This document shows positions 10,909-19,328 of a DNA stretch of 64,000 bases, piece after piece. Under the pieces are notes generated by a model. It worked only from the letters and a program-made list of their open reading frames with translations. It ran no database searches and was not told the origin of the DNA. The first letter of the stretch is position 1. Every line of letters begins with the position of its first letter. Both the position numbers and the translations under genes were made by a program. Source of the DNA: Thermoplasmata archaeon (lineage in GTDB: Archaea; Thermoplasmatota; Thermoplasmata; Lutacidiplasmatales; UBA184); contig JASHPK010000035.1 of NCBI GenBank assembly GCA_030038095.1, positions 26 to 64,025 of the forward strand, written 5' to 3'.

Positions 10909-11927
10909 TGCGCGGATCGCTCGCCCGCTCGGTAGCGCACGACCGGCGGCCCGAGCCCGCCGGGCCCGACGCGGCGCGTCGGTACGTCAACCAGTGGGTC
11001 GAGGCGGAGGCGATCGGGGAGGAACGCGTGAGCGCGTTCGTTCTGATCCTGAAGACCCGCGGCTGCTATTGGGCGGACGAGAAGGGCTGCTCGATGTGCG
11101 GCTACTCGATGGACACCCTGGGTCGCTCGGCGACCCCCGAGGAGCTCGCCGAACAGCTCCGGCGCGCGCTCGCGCGGTACCGCGACGAGCCGTACGTGAA
11201 GATCTACACGTCGGGGAGCTTCCTCGACGACCGGGAGGTCGATGCGGAGAGTCGCGCGGCGATCGTGCGCGCGTTCGCGGGGCGCGCGCGCCGGCTGCTC
11301 TTCGAGACCCTTCCCGAGTTCGCGACCGCCGAGCGGCTCGGGCCGCTCCACGGGGCCTTCCCCGGCGAGCTCGAGGTGGCCCTCGGGCTCGAGACGACCG
11401 ACCCGACGGTGCTCGCCCGCTTCGTCCACAAGAATGCGCCGCCGCGGGACTACCTCGACGCCGGGGACCGCGTGCGCGCCCTCGGCCTCCGCGCAAAGGC
11501 CTACCTGCTGCTGAAGCCGCCCTATCTCACGGAATCGGAAGCCATCGCCGACGTGGTGCGGTCGATCGGCGAGGCGGCGGCCCATTTCGACGCCCTCTCG
11601 GTCAACCCGGTCCACATCCAGAACGGCACGGTGGTCGAGTGGCTCTATCACCGCGGCCGTTACCGGCCGCCCTGGCTCTGGTCGGTCGTCGCGGCGCTCT
11701 CCGAGGGGGCCGGGCGCCGCGGGAAGGCGCGCCTCGTCTCCTTCCCGACCGCGGGAGGGCTCGCGCGGGGGCCGCACAACTGCGGCGCGTGCGACGCCCG
11801 CGTCCTGCGGGCGATCGAAGCGGCGTCGCTGGCCCAGCGGTTCGAGGAGCTCTCAGGCCTCGAGTGTGCCTGCCGGGCGGGGTGGGATGCGGCGCGCTCG
11901 CTCGAACCGATGGGGGTCGAGGCGTGA
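10908..11927 (+). CDS. Archaeosine biosynthesis radical SAM protein RaSEA
   Basis: TRGCYWADEKGCSMCGY cluster motif, KIYTSGSFLD, KAYLLLKPP, YRPPWLWS, RGPHNCGAC. Confidence 0.88.
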   Translation: MRGSLARSVAHDRRPEPAGPDAARRYVNQWVEAEAIGEERVSAFVLILKTRGCYWADEKGCSMCGYSMDTLGRSATPEELAEQLRRALARYRDEPYVKIYTSGSFLDDREVDAESRAAIVRAFAGRARRLLFETLPEFATAERLGPLHGAFPGELEVALGLETTDPTVLARFVHKNAPPRDYLDAGDRVRALGLRAKAYLLLKPPYLTESEAIADVVRSIGEAAAHFDALSVNPVHIQNGTVVEWLYHRGRYRPPWLWSVVAALSEGAGRRGKARLVSFPTAGGLARGPHNCGACDARVLRAIEAASLAQRFEELSGLECACRAGWDAARSLEPMGVEA

Positions 11928-12733
11928 CGGACCTCGTTCCCCGGCTGCCGCGCCACGCGGTCGAGACGATCGCGACCTTCCTGCGCGCCCACGCGCTCGG
12001 GCCGGAGCGGACGGGAGTCGTCGTTGGCCTCTCGGGCGGCATCGACAGCGCGCTCACGGCCCGGCTCGCGCGCGACGCGCTCGGCGCGGACCACGTGATC
12101 GGCGTCCAGCTGCCGGACGCCCGGTTCCCCCCGGAGCTCCGGGAGGAGACCGAGGCGTACGCGCGGCTCCTCGGAATCGCGCATCGTCGTGTCGAGATCG
12201 AGCCGATCGAGGCCCGGTACCGGGAGGCCCTCTCGGAGCTCGCGGACCCGGTCGCGCTCGGGAACGTGAAGGCCCGGATCCGCATGGCCGTCTTATACGC
12301 GATCGCGCGCGGCGCGTCGAAGCTCGTCGCCGGCACCGGCAACAAGTCGGAGATCCTGCTCGGATACTTCACGAAGTACGGCGACGGCGGGGTCGACCTC
12401 CTGCCGATCGGGGACCTGTACAAGACCGAGGTGCGCGAGCTCGCGGCCGAGCTCTCCCTGCCCGATCAGATCCGCTCCCGGGCCCCGAGCGCCGGCCTCT
12501 GGGAGGGCCAGACGGACGAGGCGGAGCTCGGCTTTCCCTACGAGGTGATCGACCGGATCCTCTTCGGCCTCGAGGGGCTGCGGACCGACGCGGAGATCGC
12601 CCGCCGTACCGGGGTCCCGATCGACCGAGTGCGCGAGGTGATCGAGCGCGTCGAGCGGAACCGGCACAAGCGTCGTCTGCCGCCGATCCCGAAGGTCGGG
12701 CTCCGGACCATCGGGATCGACTGGCGGGACTGA
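11924..12733 (+). CDS. nadE: NH3-dependent NAD+ synthetase
   Basis: GLSGGIDSA, NVKARIRM, GTGNKSE, GYFTKYGDG, PSAGLWEGQTDE, HKR. Confidence 0.95.
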   Translation: MTDLVPRLPRHAVETIATFLRAHALGPERTGVVVGLSGGIDSALTARLARDALGADHVIGVQLPDARFPPELREETEAYARLLGIAHRRVEIEPIEARYREALSELADPVALGNVKARIRMAVLYAIARGASKLVAGTGNKSEILLGYFTKYGDGGVDLLPIGDLYKTEVRELAAELSLPDQIRSRAPSAGLWEGQTDEAELGFPYEVIDRILFGLEGLRTDAEIARRTGVPIDRVREVIERVERNRHKRRLPPIPKVGLRTIGIDWRD

Positions 12734-12839
12734 CCCGCCGGCTCGCCGGGGCGCCCATCGACCGCCCCGCCCCCGGGGCCCACACGCTTATCCGCGCCCG
12801 AGGCTCGGGACCTCAACCCTCGAGCCTGAGATCGATCGG

Positions 12840-13724
12840 ATGGACCGCGCCACCTACCAGCGTCTCTACGACGCGCTCGGCACGTACGAGGACGTGCATC
12901 GCATCGCGCACGAGGGGCATTGGGACGAGGAGCTCCTCTTCGTGATCCACACCCACCGGATCACGCGGGACGCCACGCGCCGGTTCTACGTCGTGAAGCG
13001 CCAGATCGGCCGCCTCGCCGCGCAGTGGCGTCACGGCCGCTCGATGCTCGACATCGCCCGCGAGTGGCGATTCCCCCCCGTGCTCCTCGGCCAGCAGATG
13101 CTCGGCGAGCTCGGCATCCCTCGCAAGAAGGTCTGGGGAGCGTTCCTCCACCCGGAGTCCGCGCCCGACGCGCGGATCCGCCGCGAGGTCGAGGCGTTGC
13201 TCGCCGCGGACCCGATCTACTCCCCCCAAGGCATGGAGCGGCAGCGCGAGCGGGGCCGCCAGGGCGAGGAGCGGCTGCAGCGCTGGCTCGAGAAGCACGG
13301 GGTCGGGTACCGGACCGAGAAAGACCTGCGCGGCAAGTTCTCGAAGACGCCGGACGCGCTGCTCGACGAGCCGATCATCTTCTTCGGACAGAAGATCCGC
13401 TGGATCGAGTCGAAGGCGAACTTCGGGGACGACGTTGAGATGCGCAAGAACCTGAAGCGCCAGCTCGGGCCGTACACCGAGCTCTTCGGCGAAGGGGTCG
13501 TCGTCTACTGGTACGGTTACGTCGAGGGCGCGGAGTCCCCGCCGGGGATCCTGCTCTACGACGGCGAGACGTTCGAGTCGATCACGCCCGTCGTCCCGCC
13601 TCGGCGCGCGGGAGCTCCCGCTGAGCTCCACTCGCGAGATCACGCTCGACGACCGCACCCGGCTTCGCCTCCTTCAGCCCCAGGATCAGCGCACGGCGGC
13701 AGCGGCGCCGGGCCGCCTCCTTGA
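12840..13724 (+). CDS. TPD-domain (C15orf41/CDIN1-like) PD-(D/E)xK nuclease-fold protein
   Basis: GEERL..WL, KTPDALL, WIESKANFGD, YTELFGEGVVVYWYG. Confidence 0.8.
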   Translation: MDRATYQRLYDALGTYEDVHRIAHEGHWDEELLFVIHTHRITRDATRRFYVVKRQIGRLAAQWRHGRSMLDIAREWRFPPVLLGQQMLGELGIPRKKVWGAFLHPESAPDARIRREVEALLAADPIYSPQGMERQRERGRQGEERLQRWLEKHGVGYRTEKDLRGKFSKTPDALLDEPIIFFGQKIRWIESKANFGDDVEMRKNLKRQLGPYTELFGEGVVVYWYGYVEGAESPPGILLYDGETFESITPVVPPRRAGAPAELHSRDHARRPHPASPPSAPGSAHGGSGAGPPP

Positions 13725-14883
13725 GCTGGCGCGACATCGAGCGCGCGAGCAGGTCGCAGTCGGCGGAGACGCCGGACCGACGCAGCTCCTGCACGAGCGC
13801 GAGCGCCTCGGACGCGAGGGACGCGTTCACGACCACCACGTACGTGTCGAGCGGGGGCTCGCCGTCCGGCCAGCGCCCGCCGCTCCTCAGGAGGAGCTCG
13901 AGGGTCTGGTCGCCGATCGCGAGCCCCGCGGCCGGCGTCGACGGGCCCTCGAACAGCTCGATCAGGTGGTCGTACCGCCCCCCGCCGAAGACCGATCGGC
14001 CGTCGCCCGAGCGGGAGTACGCCTCGAAGACCGTGGAGGTATAGTAGGCGATCCCCCGCACGATGGTGGGGTCGAAGACGATCCGGTCGCCGAGGCCCGC
14101 CTTCCCGAGGAGGCCGAACAGCGACTGGAGCCGCCCGAGCCCCTCCTGGGCGGCGGGGTCCAGGCCCCGCCGGCCCAGGTCCGCGAAGAACGCGTCGAGC
14201 TCGCCCGGCGCGACGCCCTCCCCGGCGCTCGCGAAGAGGTCGCCCAGCTCCGCGGCTCGTTCTGCGGAGAGGCCCGCCGCCGCGAGCTCCCCTTCGAACT
14301 GCGCGGGCGGGTTCTTGCGGTAGCCGTCGACCGCCCGGAAGAACCGGCCCATGTCGTTCGCGCCGAACAGCCGGCCGATCCCTTCGGCGACGGCCCGGTC
14401 GCTGATCCGGAAGGCGTAGAGCCCCTCCGCGCCGACCTCGTCGAGGACGAGGGCCGCGGTCGTGAGGAGGTCCGCCTCCGCCGCGACTCCCGGGACGCCG
14501 AGGATGTCGAGGTTGAACTGGGTGAACTCCCGCGTGCGGCCGGCCTGCGGCTCCTCGTACCGCCAGATCTTCGAGACCGTGAACCACTTCACGGGGAGCG
14601 GCTCGGACTTCCCCCGCTCGACGAACACCCGGGCGAGCGAGGGGGTCGTCTCCGAAACGAGCGCGACCGCGCGATCGCCCTTGTCCCGGAAGAGCCAGGT
14701 CTGCGCGGCGATCCCTTCGCCGCTCTTGACCTGGTAGAGCTCGAAGCTCTCGACGCTCGGCGTCTCGAGCTCCACGTACCCCGCGCGCCGGGCCGCGGCA
14801 CGCATCCGTCGCAGGATCTCGGACCGCGCTCCCGCTTCGGGAGGCAGGTAGTCGCGGAATCCGCGCAACGCTCCGGTCGGCAC
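13582..14883 (-). CDS. hisS: Histidyl-tRNA synthetase
   Basis: RGFRDYLP, WRYEEPQAGRTREFTQ, VRGIAYYT, GGGRYD, C-terminal anticodon-binding domain. Confidence 0.95.
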   Translation of the reverse strand: MPTGALRGFRDYLPPEAGARSEILRRMRAAARRAGYVELETPSVESFELYQVKSGEGIAAQTWLFRDKGDRAVALVSETTPSLARVFVERGKSEPLPVKWFTVSKIWRYEEPQAGRTREFTQFNLDILGVPGVAAEADLLTTAALVLDEVGAEGLYAFRISDRAVAEGIGRLFGANDMGRFFRAVDGYRKNPPAQFEGELAAAGLSAERAAELGDLFASAGEGVAPGELDAFFADLGRRGLDPAAQEGLGRLQSLFGLLGKAGLGDRIVFDPTIVRGIAYYTSTVFEAYSRSGDGRSVFGGGRYDHLIELFEGPSTPAAGLAIGDQTLELLLRSGGRWPDGEPPLDTYVVVVNASLASEALALVQELRRSGVSADCDLLARSMSRQLKEAARRRCRRALILGLKEAKPGAVVERDLASGAQRELPRAEAGRRA

Positions 14884-14948
14884 GAGGAAAGGAGCCCCGC
14901 CGTTCGATTATACCCCTTTCGCCGAAGGCGGCCCGCCCTCGGGGCCGG

Positions 14949-16067
14949 CTACGGAGGGCCGCCGCCCGTCGCCGCGGGAGAGGACGGCGCTCCCGTCCCG
15001 GTCTCCGCCGGCCGGCCGAGCGAGCCGTCGACGAACTCGCGGACGTGGCGGTAGGCGACGATCGTTCCCATGAAGTTGCGCTGACGTAGCTCGTTCGCCA
15101 GCGTCCGGAGCTCGGTGACGGCCGGCGCGACGTCCAGACCCGAGGACCGGGCCCCGACGAGCTGGTCCCGGAGCCGCCGGAGGTCCTCGACGAGCCGGGG
15201 TTCGAGGAGCGCCCAGACCGCGATCGCGGCCCCCGCGAGCGCCCGCTCGCCCTCCGCGCGACGGCCCTCGCCCAACAGGCGTCGGCCCTCCTTGAGCGGA
15301 CCGATCGCGGGCGACGGGTCGCCTCCGAGGTCGCGCAACGTGTGCGCGAGCAGATCGCACTCGGTGACGAGGACCCGGCCGACCTGCCCCTCCTCCTCCG
15401 CCTGCCCGAGCTCGTCCCGTACCTGAGCGAGGCGGCGCTGCGCGCCGACGAGATCGCCGGTCCGGAGCGCGGTCCGGATCGCTTCGAACTGGAGGTCCGC
15501 GGCCCGGGTCGGGACGAGCTCCGCGAGCTCGTTGCGGCGGGCCAGGGCGAGGTCGTACTCCTCGGCGAGGGCGCTCGAGAGGTGGACAAACATCTCGTGC
15601 ACGAGGACCTCGAGCGACCCCGCGTCGCCCGTCTTCTCGGCCGTGCGGGCCCGCCCATCGAAGTCGGTGAAGTCGAGGCCGAGGCGTCGCCCCAGCTGGA
15701 AGAACTCGGTGAGCCGATGGCGGGTCGCTTCGAGCGAGCCCACCGGCGGCAGCGCGGGGAGGTCCTTCAGAGCGCCGATCGGTTCGGCCGCGCGCTGGGG
15801 CACCGCGGGTTCGAGCTCGGCGGCGGGGAGCGCGGGAAAGCGCGGGGGCCGGCTCAACAGGCCCTCCACCGGTTCGAGGTCGGGCGGGACCGCGAGGTCC
15901 ACGGCCGCGAGGAGCTCGGCGACGGTGCGAAGGTAGACGGGGGACTTCTCCTCGTCCGGTCCGGCCGCCTCGCGGACGGAGGCGAAGAGGGCCGCGGCGA
16001 GGTGACAGTTCGGGCACTCGGTGGCCGACGCTCCGACCTCGGTCGCGCAGGCCGGACAGACCCCCAT
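14949..16067 (-). CDS. Zinc-ribbon-containing alpha-helical hypothetical protein
   Basis: N-terminal CPAC..CPNC followed by long helical segments. Confidence 0.7.
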   Translation of the reverse strand: MGVCPACATEVGASATECPNCHLAAALFASVREAAGPDEEKSPVYLRTVAELLAAVDLAVPPDLEPVEGLLSRPPRFPALPAAELEPAVPQRAAEPIGALKDLPALPPVGSLEATRHRLTEFFQLGRRLGLDFTDFDGRARTAEKTGDAGSLEVLVHEMFVHLSSALAEEYDLALARRNELAELVPTRAADLQFEAIRTALRTGDLVGAQRRLAQVRDELGQAEEEGQVGRVLVTECDLLAHTLRDLGGDPSPAIGPLKEGRRLLGEGRRAEGERALAGAAIAVWALLEPRLVEDLRRLRDQLVGARSSGLDVAPAVTELRTLANELRQRNFMGTIVAYRHVREFVDGSLGRPAETGTGAPSSPAATGGGPP

Positions 16068-16079
16068 GCCGCTTCGTCC

Positions 16080-17015
16080 TCAGCTCCGGCTGGGGCGGCC
16101 GGGGCTCCCCGATCGGAGCGCGGGGCCCCGGACGTTCGGCCGGTACTGGTAGTCCGTGCGCATCGCCCGCAGTCGGCGGATGCGCTCCTTGGTCGGGGGG
16201 TGCGTCGAGAAGAGGGAGGCGAAGGATCCGCCCCGGAACGGGTTCACGATGTACAGGCTCGACTGGGCCGGGGAGCCGACGTTGATCGGCTTCGCCTTGT
16301 TGGCCGACTCGAGCTTCTGCAGGGCGTCCGCGAGCGCCTCGGGGTCTCCGCAGGTGAACGCGCCGACCTGGTCGGCGCGGTATTCCCGCGTGCGGGAGAT
16401 GGCGAGCTGGATCAGCATCGCCGCGATCGGCGCCGTGATGAGCGCGAGGATCAGGACGATCGGGTTCACGCTCCCGCGTCGGCCCCCGACGCCGAACAGC
16501 ATGGAGAAGAAGACGATCTGGGCCGCGTACGAGATCGCCCCGGCGAGGGTCGCGGCGAACGTCATCAACAGGACGTCCCGGTCCTTGACGTGGGCGAGCT
16601 CGTGCGCGAGGACCCCCTTGAGCTCGCGGTCATTGAGCATCCTCAGGATCCCCTCGGTCGCGGCCACGATCGCGTGCCGCTCGTCCCGCCCCGTGGCGAA
16701 GGCGTTCGGGGTCTGGGTCGGGACGATTGCGATCCGCGGGTCCACGAGACCGAACTCCGGGGCGAGCTCGTGCACGATCTTCGCGAGGCGCGGTGCCTCC
16801 TCGGGAGGCACGATCTTCGCCTTGGTCGACCAGAGGACGATCCGGTCGCAGAAGAAGTAGGTCACGAGGTTCAGGACGAGCGAGAGGGACAGGGCGACGA
16901 TCAGCCCGGCGATCCAGGTCCCGAAGATGAACTCTCCGACGAGGCCGCCGACGACGACGAAGAGGGCGATGATGACGACGAACAGCGTGGCCGTCTTGAG
17001 GCGCGGTCCGACCAT
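16080..17015 (-). CDS. htpX: M48 zinc metalloprotease HtpX
   Basis: PNAFATGR, VLAHELAHV (HExxH), SRTREYRAD, STHPP. Confidence 0.95.
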   Translation of the reverse strand: MVGPRLKTATLFVVIIALFVVVGGLVGEFIFGTWIAGLIVALSLSLVLNLVTYFFCDRIVLWSTKAKIVPPEEAPRLAKIVHELAPEFGLVDPRIAIVPTQTPNAFATGRDERHAIVAATEGILRMLNDRELKGVLAHELAHVKDRDVLLMTFAATLAGAISYAAQIVFFSMLFGVGGRRGSVNPIVLILALITAPIAAMLIQLAISRTREYRADQVGAFTCGDPEALADALQKLESANKAKPINVGSPAQSSLYIVNPFRGGSFASLFSTHPPTKERIRRLRAMRTDYQYRPNVRGPALRSGSPGRPSRS

Positions 17016-17088
17016 GGGTCGAGGGTCCTGCTCTTCCCACCGGCCCCCCGCTCAAAAGCTCTGAGGGGGGTGGGGAGGCCCGGGTTCG

Positions 17089-18399
17089 CTAGGGTTCGGG
17101 CCCTCTCGGGGCGAGATGACGCCGGGCGGAGGGGGTAGGGTGGTACCGTCCGGGCGGAAACTCGGGCGCCACCGGGACCCGCCGGCCCGACTCCGGAGGC
17201 CACCGCCGATGACACCCGGGGCATCGATACCCCCTCAGTCGTCCGAGGGATCGGGCTCGCCGGCGGCAGGCGCGGCATCGCGGCGGGGTAGCGGCTCCGT
17301 ACCGGGGCAGGAGCCGAAGGATCGTGAGACCCTCCAGCCGGAGGGCGGGGTCGTCGGCGCGGCTGCCCCACACGCGCACCCGGTCCCCCGGGCGCAGCGA
17401 ACCCGCGACCCTCGGAAGGGTCTTCGTGGGCTCGAACGCGAGGCAGTCGATCGGGAGGCCCGATCCGTCCGAGACCGAGAACCGGACGTGGCCGCCCCGG
17501 AGGCGGACGGGAGGTCCGGTCACGACCCCCTCGACGATGCCCCCCGCGTAGGGGGGAACGTCGGACGCCGGTCGGCGGACGAGGTGGTCCCCCGAGCCCT
17601 GGTTGGTGCGAAAAAGCATCCACCGATCGACCGGCTCGGACCGGACCGAGCGGAAGGCTCGTACGGCCGACTCGGGATCCGTGGACCGGAGTCCGTAAAG
17701 GATCGGACACGGGGTGTGAGGGGTGACGAGGAGACGTCGGGTGCGTGGGTCCCGGCACAGGAACAGCGAAGGATACCGCGTCTGCGCGGCCGCGACGCTC
17801 CCGGCATCGACACGGCGAAGCTCGCCCTCGCGTCCCGGGGACCGGTAGGCGAGGAGCTCCCAGGTCGGGTGTCCCCCCGGCCAGGCGAGGCTCGCCGCGG
17901 CGCCGACCAGGCCCCGCTCGCTTCCCTCGGTACGCCACCGCGCGCCGGACGCCGTGAGCAGGGCCTTGACGTCCGGGACCGGGACGATCTCCCGGACGGC
18001 TCGCCAGTAGAGGGAGGCCGGGGGCCGCCGGGACGCCACTACGAGGGCCGGGTCGGTCCCGACGTCGCCCGAGCGCGAGGCGCTCACCAATCGGCCCCAC
18101 GCGAGGTCGAAGAACTCCACTCGATCCCGAGCCGCGACCGGTCGCCCCGACGCGAACGACCAGACCGGCCGTCCCCCGATCTCGGCGAGGCGGCGCCGCG
18201 GCCCCTCCCCCCGGCCGAGGTGGACCGAGAGCGCGGCGTTCCCGCGGGTCTTCCATGGGATGTTGGGGTTCAGGCGGACGAGCCGGGGCTCCCCGATGAG
18301 ATCGAGCCCGAGCTCCCGTCCGAGCGCGACGAGCTCCGTCAGCGCAAAGGTGGTGCAGCCGCCCCGCGGACTATCGGTGTCGTCGATGCCGATCCAGAT
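17089..18399 (-). CDS. tiaS: tRNA(Ile2) agmatidine synthetase, apparent ATC start
   Basis: Frame open from ATC at 18399: (I/M)WIGIDDTDSPRGGCTT..PRLVRLNPNIPWKTRGNAA, GLVGA, PHTPCPILYGLR, TNQGSGDH, C-terminal Zn ribbon, ARRHLA. Confidence 0.92.
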   Translation of the reverse strand: MWIGIDDTDSPRGGCTTFALTELVALGRELGLDLIGEPRLVRLNPNIPWKTRGNAALSVHLGRGEGPRRRLAEIGGRPVWSFASGRPVAARDRVEFFDLAWGRLVSASRSGDVGTDPALVVASRRPPASLYWRAVREIVPVPDVKALLTASGARWRTEGSERGLVGAAASLAWPGGHPTWELLAYRSPGREGELRRVDAGSVAAAQTRYPSLFLCRDPRTRRLLVTPHTPCPILYGLRSTDPESAVRAFRSVRSEPVDRWMLFRTNQGSGDHLVRRPASDVPPYAGGIVEGVVTGPPVRLRGGHVRFSVSDGSGLPIDCLAFEPTKTLPRVAGSLRPGDRVRVWGSRADDPALRLEGLTILRLLPRYGAATPPRCRACRRRARSLGRLRGYRCPGCHRRWPPESGRRVPVAPEFPPGRYHPTPSARRHLAPRGPEP

Positions 18400-18457
18400 G
18401 GTCCTCCCCCCTCCGGGGGGAACGGGCCGACTCCGTTTGAGCGAATCGAGCCCGGGC

Positions 18458-19327
18458 CTAGGCGAGCCCGCCGAGGAGCTTCTGGTAGGCCGGCAGGTTC
18501 GTCTCGAGGGTCGAGTCCGCGCGCACCGGCCCGCGCTTCGAGCCGACGAGCTTCACCTCGAGGCCCTCGGCCGAGTCGGAGTCCTTCGGCCGGTGCATGA
18601 CGCCGATCGGGATGCGCCCGGAGTCGATGATGTCAAGGCACACCCCGAACATCCGCTTGCGGTCGGTCGGGTCGTACCCGTCGAGCTTCGAGACGTCGAC
18701 GACCTTCTCGCGCCAGAGCTTGTAGGTGTCGTTGTACGTGACGCACGGGGAGAGGTCCTCGACGAACGCAAACCCGCGGCCCTCCCGGTTGAAGCGTAGC
18801 GCCTCCTCGAGGATCGCGGTCATCCCCTTCGGATCGCCCGAGAAGGTGCGGGCGATGAAGTTGGGCGCGGGGATCGACAGCGCCGTGAGGATCGAGTGGA
18901 ACGGAGGCTCGACATTCCCCTCGAAGCCGATCTGGCTGGTCGGGGAGGCCTGGCCCTTCGTGAGACCGTAGGTCTCGTTGTTCATCACGATGTAGAGGAT
19001 CGAGGCGTTCTTCTTGAACGCGTGGATGAAGTGACCCATCCCGATCGCGTAGCCGTCGCCGTCGCCGCCCGCCGCGAGCACCGTCAGCGACGGGTTCGCG
19101 AGCTTTACGCCCACCGCCTGCGCCAGCAGTCGCCCGTGCAGGGCGTGGATCCCGTTGATCTCGAGGAAGTTGTGGATCGAGCCGGAGCAGCCGATCCCCC
19201 CGACGAGCACGAGCTCGTGGGTCGGGATCTTGAGGTCGGCGGCCGCCCGCTTCACCGCCGCGAGCACGCCGAAGTCGCCGCACCCGGGGCACCAGATGGG
19301 CGAGTGGGGCTTCGCGGACTGGACCAT
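18458..19327 (-). CDS. korB: 2-oxoacid:ferredoxin oxidoreductase beta subunit
   Basis: WCPGCGDFG, GIGCSG, GGDGDG (TPP motif), YGLTKGQASPT, SPCVTYN. Confidence 0.93.
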   Translation of the reverse strand: MVQSAKPHSPIWCPGCGDFGVLAAVKRAAADLKIPTHELVLVGGIGCSGSIHNFLEINGIHALHGRLLAQAVGVKLANPSLTVLAAGGDGDGYAIGMGHFIHAFKKNASILYIVMNNETYGLTKGQASPTSQIGFEGNVEPPFHSILTALSIPAPNFIARTFSGDPKGMTAILEEALRFNREGRGFAFVEDLSPCVTYNDTYKLWREKVVDVSKLDGYDPTDRKRMFGVCLDIIDSGRIPIGVMHRPKDSDSAEGLEVKLVGSKRGPVRADSTLETNLPAYQKLLGGLA

Positions 19328-19328
19328 C

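Noticed and set aside
18120..18240. Possible frameshift in tiaS, suggested by the ORF track starting at 18120
   Set aside because: Manual translation shows one continuous frame (..HLGRGEGPRRRLAEIGG..); the truncation only reflects the lack of a canonical start codon.
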